From IMG/VR virus record IMGVR_UViG_2585427722_000007, positions 3,826-67,825 of that record: a stretch of 64,000 nucleotides of DNA; one strand, 5' to 3'. Positions 35,746 through 43,697 of the stretch are shown here, in pieces (the stretch's first letter is position 1; each line of letters opens with the position of its first letter). Source of the DNA: a virus (lineage: Duplodnaviria > Caudoviricetes). Both the position numbers and the translations under genes were made by a program. The notes under the pieces were generated by a model. That model saw only the letters and a list, made by a program, of their open reading frames with translations. It was not told the origin of the DNA and ran no database searches.

Positions 35746-35754
35746 GGTTGACAC

Positions 35755-36447
35755 ATGGCCCTCATCATCGCAGACCGGATTAAGGAAACCTCGACCAGCA
35801 CCGGTACGGGCGCGTTTATATTGGCGGGGGCTGTGCTCGGGTTTAAATCGTTCGCCAGCCGCTGCACCAGCCCGTCCGATACCTGTTACTACACGATCCA
35901 GGGAGTAGACGGCTCCGGCAATCCTACGGGCGAGTGGGAAACCGGCAAAGCCACGTACTCGGCAGCAAATACCCTGACGCGCACCACCGTCACCGCGTCA
36001 AGCAACGCAGATGCGGCAGTGTCTTTCTCGGCAGGCACCAAGCAGGTATGGCTCGACATGACGGCTTCGCAGATCGCCAGTCTCGCCGTACTGACTGCTG
36101 TGCAGACTTGGGCTGCGGCACAGATCGGCGGCGTCACCCCACTCACGGTTGCCTCGAATCTGGTGGCTGTAAATCTCGCGGCAGCCAATAACTTTTCACT
36201 GGCGCTGCAGGCGACGACCGGGCAAACACTGTCGAATCCAACCGGCGCGGTAGCAGGGCAGTCCGGGCAGATCGCCCTGCTACAGAACGCTGCACCCAGC
36301 ACACTGGCATTCGGGTCGAACTGGATACCGTTTGATGGGGCGACGCCGACTGTATCGATCACCGCCAGTGCACGGAACCTGATCTCGTACTATGTCGTCA
36401 GCGCCACAGAGATATGGTTTTCGCTCAACAAGCATGGAGTGGCCTGA
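35755..36447 (+). CDS. tail fibre protein
   Basis: ADRIKETSTSTGTG N-terminal fibre domain; TLSNPT...GQSG C-terminal domain. Confidence 0.7.
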   Translation: MALIIADRIKETSTSTGTGAFILAGAVLGFKSFASRCTSPSDTCYYTIQGVDGSGNPTGEWETGKATYSAANTLTRTTVTASSNADAAVSFSAGTKQVWLDMTASQIASLAVLTAVQTWAAAQIGGVTPLTVASNLVAVNLAAANNFSLALQATTGQTLSNPTGAVAGQSGQIALLQNAAPSTLAFGSNWIPFDGATPTVSITASARNLISYYVVSATEIWFSLNKHGVA

Positions 36448-37007
36448 TGCTGGGCGGAAGTTTCGGGTTGATGCTCCCCGTAAAAAGGTATGCAACACTG
36501 AACCCAGCTGACAAATCCTCCACTATAACCCTATCGGGTGGTGCCTTGATCGCGACCTGTACTACTGCCGCATCCAAGGCACGTTCTACCATTGGTAAGT
36601 CCTCCGGTAAGTGGTACTGGGAATGCACAGTGAGCACACTCACTGGCCCGACTCTCGGAGTAGCTACCAGCGCTGCTCCAGTAACCACGTATCCCGGTGC
36701 CGAAGCTACCAGTTGGGCTTTCTATGATTTCAACGGCAAAAAATACAGCGGTGGAGTGGGGGATGCTTACAATGCAGCCGGAAGTCTGTCCGACGTAGTT
36801 GGCGTCGCACTGGATATGGACAACGGAACAATTGCCTTTTATCGGAACGGTGTGGCTTTGGGAGTGGCTTACTCTGGATTGACCGGAGTAATCTTCGCGG
36901 CTGTTGGCAATAGCGGGTCTACAACACCCACGATAACTGTGAACTTCGGTACTGCCCCCCTCGCTTACGCACCTCCGGCCGGGTTCAATTACGGACTCTA
37001 CGACTAA
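36447..37007 (+). CDS. SPRY/concanavalin-like domain protein (receptor-binding candidate)
   Basis: SGKWYWE and DVVGVALDMDNGTIAFYRNG motifs. Confidence 0.8.
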   Translation: MLGGSFGLMLPVKRYATLNPADKSSTITLSGGALIATCTTAASKARSTIGKSSGKWYWECTVSTLTGPTLGVATSAAPVTTYPGAEATSWAFYDFNGKKYSGGVGDAYNAAGSLSDVVGVALDMDNGTIAFYRNGVALGVAYSGLTGVIFAAVGNSGSTTPTITVNFGTAPLAYAPPAGFNYGLYD

Positions 37008-37016
37008 AGGAATACC

Positions 37017-37502
37017 ATGTGGCTTACCCCCGACCAAAACATAATCCAGTCCGGCGACGCATACACCGGCACGGACGGCACGCGCTACCCTGCTAACTTC
37101 CCAAAAGATCAGATTGTGGAGCTGACCCAGGTAACGATGGTCGAGAAGCCTACTATCACGCGACACCAGAGCGCGTCCTACACCGTTGTGGACGGCACTC
37201 AGGTATGGGCAGTAACCGACTGGACGACTGAGCAGATCGAGCAAGATCGGCTTATGTCGGTGCCGCAGTCAGTCGCCATGTGGCAGGCGCGGGAAGTGCT
37301 AATCGATGCCGGGCTTTTAGCGCCTATCAACGCCATGTTCGCGTCCATTCCTGATCCGGTAACCCGCGAGAAAGCGCAAGCAAAATTCGAGTATTCCGGC
37401 ACTGTGAAGCGTGACGACCCGCTGATTCTGATGGCTGCCTCCGCTCTCGGCCTGACAGACCTACAGATAGACAATTTGTTCATCGCGGCGTATGCGCTAT
37501 AA
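37017..37502 (+). CDS. tail fibre assembly-like protein
   Basis: VPQSVAMWQAR...V.RDDPL...LGLT..QIDNLF..A motif. Confidence 0.65.
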   Translation: MWLTPDQNIIQSGDAYTGTDGTRYPANFPKDQIVELTQVTMVEKPTITRHQSASYTVVDGTQVWAVTDWTTEQIEQDRLMSVPQSVAMWQAREVLIDAGLLAPINAMFASIPDPVTREKAQAKFEYSGTVKRDDPLILMAASALGLTDLQIDNLFIAAYAL

Positions 37503-37514
37503 CGGAAGCCGAAA

Positions 37515-38507
37515 ATGAGTTTAGGATTCAGCCCCCTCTCCGCTCTGCCGTTAGGCACACAGCCTGTCGATGCGGCGTCGGTATCAGTTACGGCGGCATG
37601 GGTCGAAGCGGACGATGCAGTGGTCTTGACCGCGACTGCGGCCGTCGTACCATCCGCAGCCATAGCATGGACAGAGGCGTCTGACGTTTGTGCGGTCGTG
37701 GCAAGTGCGTCCCTCGCGGCGACGTGCGCCTGGACTGAAGCAAACGACGTCGCTGCGGTCGCGGCGCATGCCGGATTCGAGGCGGCAGTAACCTGGACGG
37801 AAGAAAACGATCTCGCCGACATCACCGCTGTCGCCAAGGCGAACACCGCGGCGAGCTGGACTGAAGCCAACGACACGGCAGCGGTCCTCATACGTTATGG
37901 CGATACAATCCCGACCGCCGCGGTGTGGACCGAAACCAACGACCTCGCAACCGTATCGGTCGCGGTCGATACCAGCGTGACTGCATCAGCCGGGTGGGTC
38001 GAGGTGAACGACACCATTGCTTTGACGACGGCTGCGCAAGTTCATGTCATACCAAACTGGATGGAAACCGACGACGCTGTCGCCATTTCCGCACAGTGCG
38101 GAAACGCGGTATCCGGCGGTATCGCATGGGCGGAGGCAGATGATACGGCTCCGCTTCTTGCAACGCTCCGTATCGACGCCGCAATCGGCTGGGCCGAAGA
38201 ATCCGACCTTACAGGCTTCAGCGTAACCGTGCTGGCGAACGCCGGGCTGACGTGGGCTGAGACCGACGATACGACTGCGCTCGCAGGCGGCGCTGCCTCC
38301 CCCCCGACGGCCCTGTTTGGGTGGAGGGAAGAGGAAGACGCGACGAGTGCTGTCGCGTTCGCCTCGGCTATGGCGCTCGCTGGATGGGCCGAGGCCGACG
38401 ACGCGATGTATTTCCGGCTGCGTGTCGGTGCCGCACAGACGCTCCCGATCAATGCTATCAGCGTGGTGCGCACGACGCAGCCGCAAACCAGTGTAAGGAC
38501 ATCATGA
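37515..38507 (+). CDS. repeat-rich virion protein with 13 WxExxD repeats
   Basis: LGFSPLSALPL N-terminus; repeats about 22 aa apart. Confidence 0.75.
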   Translation: MSLGFSPLSALPLGTQPVDAASVSVTAAWVEADDAVVLTATAAVVPSAAIAWTEASDVCAVVASASLAATCAWTEANDVAAVAAHAGFEAAVTWTEENDLADITAVAKANTAASWTEANDTAAVLIRYGDTIPTAAVWTETNDLATVSVAVDTSVTASAGWVEVNDTIALTTAAQVHVIPNWMETDDAVAISAQCGNAVSGGIAWAEADDTAPLLATLRIDAAIGWAEESDLTGFSVTVLANAGLTWAETDDTTALAGGAASPPTALFGWREEEDATSAVAFASAMALAGWAEADDAMYFRLRVGAAQTLPINAISVVRTTQPQTSVRTS

Positions 38508-38926
38508 GAGCCGCCTTCTACAAATCCACTCGCCCTGGTATGCAGGGTATCTACAACCGCCTCGTACGGTTGGGCGAAAAAGGTCCGCACAGTCACTGCG
38601 AACTGATTTTCTCCGATGGTGTGGCGGCTTCGGCCTCGTACATGGATGGCGGCGTGCGCTTTAAGCAGATCGATTTCAATGACGCGGACTGGGATTTCGT
38701 CGAACTGCCCGACCATCTCGAACCGGCAGCACGGCAGTGGTTCACAGACCATGAGGGGCAGGCGTACGATCTGCTGGGCAATGCCCGGTTCCCGCTTATC
38801 TTTCTGCCGCTGTCGCGTGACAAGTCGTTCTGTTCTTCGGCTGTCGCGTCTGCACTGGGCATCTCTGGCGGTTGGCGCTTCGGACCGAATGCGCTGCATT
38901 CGGTTCTACGCTCTATGTCTATCTAA
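38504..38926 (+). CDS. permuted papain-like (NlpC/P60) protein
   Basis: SHCEL...G.AYD...FCS motif order. Confidence 0.7.
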   Translation: MRAAFYKSTRPGMQGIYNRLVRLGEKGPHSHCELIFSDGVAASASYMDGGVRFKQIDFNDADWDFVELPDHLEPAARQWFTDHEGQAYDLLGNARFPLIFLPLSRDKSFCSSAVASALGISGGWRFGPNALHSVLRSMSI

Positions 38927-38963
38927 TGTTAATCTAAATAATCTAGCCGAGATAAGGATACTC

Positions 38964-39221
38964 ATGGACTTCCAAGTAGGTTTCAACATCGCCATCGGGC
39001 TGGCTGCTTTTTTCGGCGGCTACGTGCTGAAGTCGATCAGCGAGAATCTGAGGTCGCTGCAGGTAGCGGACGTGGTTCTGTCCGAGAAGGTACAGAAAAT
39101 CGAGGTGCTGGTCGCCGGCGAATACGTCAAGCATAGCGATCTGGCCAAGCTCAGTAGCGCGCTGTTTACCAAGCTCGACAAGATTTCCGACAAGCTCGAC
39201 ACCAAAATGGATAAATCATGA
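38964..39221 (+). CDS. holin/antiholin-like membrane protein
   Basis: One N-terminal TM segment plus a coiled coil, upstream of the endolysin. Confidence 0.55.
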   Translation: MDFQVGFNIAIGLAAFFGGYVLKSISENLRSLQVADVVLSEKVQKIEVLVAGEYVKHSDLAKLSSALFTKLDKISDKLDTKMDKS

Positions 39222-39691
39222 TTCTGACTCTACTCTCTATGCTCGGCGGTGGTCTAATGCGGCTCTTACCAGAGGTCTTCGCATTCCTGAACAAGGGCAG
39301 GGACTACGCGCATGAGCTGGCGATGCTCGACCGCCAGGCCGAACTCGAGAAAACCCGCGAGGCCAGCCGGCGCGAGACCGTCATGGTGCAGGGCGACATC
39401 GACACCACGCTGGCGCTGCTCGACGCTCAGCGCTCTGCGCTTGAAGGGCAGATGCAGAGAGTCGGCATCTGGTGGGCGGACGCGCTGAACTTCCTGGTGC
39501 GCCCGCTGGCCACCTACTATTTTCTATTCATCTACGGAGCGGCCAAGACCGCAATGTTCGTGCTGGCGGTGCAACACGGCGTTAGCGGCTGGGAAGCGAT
39601 CCTGAGGGTCTATGACGATGAGGATCGGGCGATCCTATCCGGCATCCTGGCGTTCTGGTTCATCGGTCGGGTCTTCGACAAAAAGCCATGA
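39218..39691 (+). CDS. holin-like membrane protein
   Basis: HELAM, VRPL.TY and ILAFWFIGR motifs; three hydrophobic segments. Confidence 0.6.
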   Translation: MILTLLSMLGGGLMRLLPEVFAFLNKGRDYAHELAMLDRQAELEKTREASRRETVMVQGDIDTTLALLDAQRSALEGQMQRVGIWWADALNFLVRPLATYYFLFIYGAAKTAMFVLAVQHGVSGWEAILRVYDDEDRAILSGILAFWFIGRVFDKKP

Positions 39692-40122
39692 GAGACCTGC
39701 TCGACCGGCTGGTGGCTCTGGTCAAGCGCTTCGAGGGCTGCAGGCTCACCGCGTATCAGGACCTCGTCGGCGTCTGGACTATCGGTTGGGGCGAGACTCT
39801 GGGCGTGGTGGAGGGCGTGATCTGGACCCAGGAGCAGGCGGATGCAGTGCTGCGGCTCAGGGTAGGACAATTCCTACTCGCGGCACTCAAGCGCTGCCCG
39901 CAGTTGCACCTGGAGCCGCCCGGGCGGTCGATCGCCTGCACCAGCCTGGCCTACAACATCGGGGTCGGTGCATTCGGCGCCAGTTCGGTGTGCAGGAACA
40001 CCACGCGGCTGCGCTATCTGGCAGCGGCCGACAGCATCCTGCTCTGGAATAAAGCCGGCGGCAGGGTGATACCCGGCCTGACCAACCGCCGCAAGCTGGA
40101 ACGAACGACGTACCTGACGTAA
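39688..40122 (+). CDS. endolysin, GH24 lysozyme
   Basis: FEGCRLTAYQD..GVWTIGWG and GL..RR..E motifs. Confidence 0.92.
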   Translation: MRDLLDRLVALVKRFEGCRLTAYQDLVGVWTIGWGETLGVVEGVIWTQEQADAVLRLRVGQFLLAALKRCPQLHLEPPGRSIACTSLAYNIGVGAFGASSVCRNTTRLRYLAAADSILLWNKAGGRVIPGLTNRRKLERTTYLT

Positions 40123-40250
40123 AGATCGTATGAGCTCCAGTGGGGGTGGGCTACGAGCGGGTTTATTCATGTCCCTGCACAACCCCCATGAGGCCGTCGC
40201 GGCTGCACTCCTTCAGTTTAGCGGCGGCCCACCTCGAACATAGGAGCGCC

Positions 40251-41438
40251 ATGCCCGCCAACACCGCACAAACCAAACGCTTTTTGGGGCTGAACAATGT
40301 TTCGGACCCGCTGCGCCTGAAGTTCGGCTGGCTACAAAAAGCCGACAACCTCGACATCACCGATACAGGCGCGCTGGTGCGCAGGGCGGGGTATATCAAA
40401 AAAATCGACGCGTTGCTTGGCTACGCCTATGCTACTGTAGACTACTCCCGCCTGTATATGATGGATGGCGACGCACTGGCCCAAGTCAACGCCGACCTGA
40501 GCCGTACCGTCCTGCGCGCCGGACTGACCCGGCGCGTGATGCACTGGACCGAACTCAACGATCAGGTGTTCTTCGCTAACGGCATCGACTCCGGGATCAT
40601 CAGGAAGGACGGCACCGTGCTCGACTGGGCCTGGCCGGAGCCTGATATGGCCACGCTGTCGGCGACGACTGGCATGCTGCCGGCCGGAACGTACCAGGTC
40701 GCCTGCACTTTCCTGCTGCCAGACGGGCGCGAAACCGGTGCCGCCGACGCGACTGCAATCTACCTCGACGGTACTCAGGCGCTGCAGATCAACGGCATCC
40801 CGCAAGTGGCTGGGCTCGAGACCCAGGTCTACCTGGCGCCGGCCGACAGCGCGGTATTCCAGTTGATCGGCGCGACGGCCCAATCGTCGCTGACCTGGGA
40901 CGAAAGCCCGGACCAGCTCGGCGTCGACCTGACTACCCAGTTTCTCGACCCGCTGCCGCAGGGCGTGACCTACATCACCGCATGGCGCGGTCAGATATAT
41001 GCAGCGCAGTACCTGCCCGAGTCCGACAGTACCGTGCTGTGGGTCAGCGAACCGCTTGGCTTCCACCTGTTCAACCTGAATTCCGGCTTTATCCTGGTGC
41101 CGGGCAGGGTCGCGCTGCTGGCGCCGCACCCGGACGGCCTGATCGTCGGTACCGCGGTCCGTATTTATGCCTACGACGGCGATAGCCTGAAACAGCTGGC
41201 CGACTACGGTGCAGTGCCAGGGTGGGGCTGGGCCAGGGATGACGACGCGCAGATTCTGTTCTGGAGCAGCCGCGGTTTGTGCTCTGCTCTACCATTATCT
41301 AATATCACTCTAAGACAGATTAGTGTAGACTGCGGAGTATCCGCCGGAGCCGCAATCATTCGTTCCAACGGCGCCAAGAAATACGTAGTCGCCCTACAAA
41401 AGGGCGGCGACAACTTCAATCAGAGAGGCACACCATGA
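40251..41438 (+). CDS. tail nozzle/tube-like protein
   Basis: FLGLNN...ADNLDI...G.L.RR.G N-terminus typical of podovirus nozzle proteins. Confidence 0.6.
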   Translation: MPANTAQTKRFLGLNNVSDPLRLKFGWLQKADNLDITDTGALVRRAGYIKKIDALLGYAYATVDYSRLYMMDGDALAQVNADLSRTVLRAGLTRRVMHWTELNDQVFFANGIDSGIIRKDGTVLDWAWPEPDMATLSATTGMLPAGTYQVACTFLLPDGRETGAADATAIYLDGTQALQINGIPQVAGLETQVYLAPADSAVFQLIGATAQSSLTWDESPDQLGVDLTTQFLDPLPQGVTYITAWRGQIYAAQYLPESDSTVLWVSEPLGFHLFNLNSGFILVPGRVALLAPHPDGLIVGTAVRIYAYDGDSLKQLADYGAVPGWGWARDDDAQILFWSSRGLCSALPLSNITLRQISVDCGVSAGAAIIRSNGAKKYVVALQKGGDNFNQRGTP

Positions 41439-41893
41439 CGATCAGATTATCAATGGGCGCGCGCAACAGCCTTGCTGGCCCCAAGGGCTTCGGTGCCACT
41501 TTCGAGGCGGGGGTGATCTACGTGTATTCAGGTCCGCAGCCCCTAAGTGCTGACAATCCAGTGGCCGGTACCCTGCTCGGCATCGTGACCAAGGACGCCG
41601 CCGCATTCGTGGCCGGCACCCCGACCAATGGTCTGTCATTCGCTGTGCCGGTTATGGGGGTGGTATCCAAGCAGCCGGCGGACAACTGGAAGTTTATCGG
41701 GCTGGCCGACGGCACCGCTGGCTGGTTCCGACTGATGGGCAACGCCTACGACGCCCTCGGCGCGTCCACGACTCTATCAAGACTCGACGGCTCTGTCGGC
41801 ACTTCAGGCGCCGATCTAAACCTGTCGAACATCAACGTCGTAGTCGGTAGCCCGAACACCATCGACATCTTCCAGTATGAGTTCCCAGCTTAA
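41435..41893 (+). CDS. virion structural protein (paralogue 2 of 3)
   Basis: RN...IYVYSGPQP...GTAGWFR...LDGSVGTSGADL.L. Confidence 0.7.
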   Translation: MTIRLSMGARNSLAGPKGFGATFEAGVIYVYSGPQPLSADNPVAGTLLGIVTKDAAAFVAGTPTNGLSFAVPVMGVVSKQPADNWKFIGLADGTAGWFRLMGNAYDALGASTTLSRLDGSVGTSGADLNLSNINVVVGSPNTIDIFQYEFPA

Positions 41894-41903
41894 GGAGTAG
41901 CAC

Positions 41904-42350
41904 ATGTCTCTCAAAGAATCTACAGGGCTACGCAACCATATGCTTGCTACAGGTTCGTTCAAAACTGCGTTGGATGGCGGCCTGCTGAATATTTACGCCG
42001 GTCCGGTACCGGCTACCGCAGATGCGGCGCTCGATCCGACGAACCCGGTGCTGTGCGTGATCTCGGACGCAGGTACTGGCGCCGGCCTGAACATGGAGGC
42101 TGCGGCGGTGGCAGGAGTCCTGCAGAAAGCCACGACGCAGGTCTGGAGCGGAACCAATGTCGCGTCCGGCGTCGCCACCTTCTACCGCCATGTGGCCGCC
42201 GGAGATGACGGCCTCAGTTCTACTGTTCAGGCGCGGTTGCAGGGCAGCATCGCGGTGGTCGGCGCGGAGATCAACCTGACTTCGACCACACTGACCAGTG
42301 GGGCGCCGCAGACCATCAATTATTACTCGGTCGCTAAGCCGACGCTGTAA
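41904..42350 (+). CDS. virion structural protein (paralogue 3 of 3)
   Basis: RN...LNIYAGPVP...GVATFYR...LQGSIAVVGAEI.L. Confidence 0.7.
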   Translation: MSLKESTGLRNHMLATGSFKTALDGGLLNIYAGPVPATADAALDPTNPVLCVISDAGTGAGLNMEAAAVAGVLQKATTQVWSGTNVASGVATFYRHVAAGDDGLSSTVQARLQGSIAVVGAEINLTSTTLTSGAPQTINYYSVAKPTL

Positions 42351-43265
42351 ATGTCTAGCGCTCGGCTTAACGACCAACTCGATGGCTGGCTCGGAATATC
42401 CAGAATATCCGGGCCTATCCCACAGACCACCGGGGTCGGTACTACCTTCGTACTGCAGCCGATAACGGGGGTCGCCCCGACGCAGATACCCACCGTCGAC
42501 AACTCGAAGTGGGTGGCAACCACGGATTTGCCCCCCGACGCAGTCCCTCCCACAGGCGGATGGATAACCGTCACTGTTCCGAACGGCGATAATCCCCCCG
42601 CCTTGATAAGTACTGAGCAGCTAAAAAACTGGGTGGCGGTAGAGCCGGCGGTCGATCCCTACCGCATACTACCTCCGACCGAGAGCAATGCCCCACCACC
42701 GATACCGCCGAAGAACCTGAGCAACAGCGCCTCTTGGATGGTCAGCGACTTCCATCTACGGCCTAAAGGGATCGCGTACGGGGCAGGTCGCTTCTGTGTT
42801 ACCAACGATCTTCGCCAGGATGCCTCGGCAGCTATCTCGCTGGATGGCGTGAACTGGATTCCCGCTACATCCAGCCCTCCGGGACTGGGCGACATAGGGT
42901 GGGATGGAACCCGATTCATCGCCGTAGCGTTCGATACCGGGTGGCGGAACACTACCGGTAGCTGGTATTACGACAGCGCCCTGGCGATAAACCCGCCGCA
43001 GATATGGACGTCGGAAACCGGCTCCGTCTGGGCTCAGACAGGGCTTATGGACTACCGCTGCAATAGTTGCCGTCTAGCCTCCGACGGCAGCAAAGTGCTG
43101 ATTGTCGGGCAGGGCGAAACGTATGGAGTCGGCGGCTACCCGTATTACACACTCACCAGTGCTGACGGTGTGTGGGTAAGTAGCAGCATGACCACGATCT
43201 GCTCTGGGCTATACCCGTTCATCGTCGAGGGCACCTACTACCTGGAAGTAGAACCATTTATGTAA
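42351..43265 (+). CDS. beta-propeller-like tail protein, N-terminal part
   Basis: Blade/Asp-box-like repeats GIAYGAGRF, SLDGVNW, SETGSVW and SADGVW. Confidence 0.65.
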   Translation: MSSARLNDQLDGWLGISRISGPIPQTTGVGTTFVLQPITGVAPTQIPTVDNSKWVATTDLPPDAVPPTGGWITVTVPNGDNPPALISTEQLKNWVAVEPAVDPYRILPPTESNAPPPIPPKNLSNSASWMVSDFHLRPKGIAYGAGRFCVTNDLRQDASAAISLDGVNWIPATSSPPGLGDIGWDGTRFIAVAFDTGWRNTTGSWYYDSALAINPPQIWTSETGSVWAQTGLMDYRCNSCRLASDGSKVLIVGQGETYGVGGYPYYTLTSADGVWVSSSMTTICSGLYPFIVEGTYYLEVEPFM

Positions 43266-43274
43266 GGGGTAAGG

Positions 43275-43640
43275 ATGAGCGACGCTGTATATCTCGTAAG
43301 TCAAGACGGCGGTGACTGGTCATCCGGTAATCCGCCCTCCACGCCGGAGCTGGTCGCCGCGAGCAACGGGTTTGTCAGTGCGCTGCGAGGTGGCGAGATA
43401 TTATTCTGCCCCGCTTACGGGGTACTGACCCCCGACGGCACCGGCCTGGTCGAGAGCGACTATGACCCTCTCCCGGACATCAACGATGCGATTATAGCGT
43501 TCGGGGGTGGAAGATTCTGCATGATCGGGATCACCCGGGATACGGATGTCGTGATCTGCATATCCGGATTCCCCGACTCCGGCGGGGCGTTCTTCTGGAC
43601 TGACTACAAGCTATGCACCGAGAATGCGAGCGGTAAGTGA
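43275..43640 (+). CDS. beta-propeller-like tail protein, C-terminal part (same frame as upstream ORF)
   Basis: SQDGGDW and IAFGGGRF repeats; separated from 42351..43265 by TAA plus three codons. Confidence 0.6.
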   Translation: MSDAVYLVSQDGGDWSSGNPPSTPELVAASNGFVSALRGGEILFCPAYGVLTPDGTGLVESDYDPLPDINDAIIAFGGGRFCMIGITRDTDVVICISGFPDSGGAFFWTDYKLCTENASGK

Positions 43641-43697
43641 GTCATCGATGCAAGGGAACTAAATGGCCTCCGGGGATAACGTTCAGGGCTGGGCATA

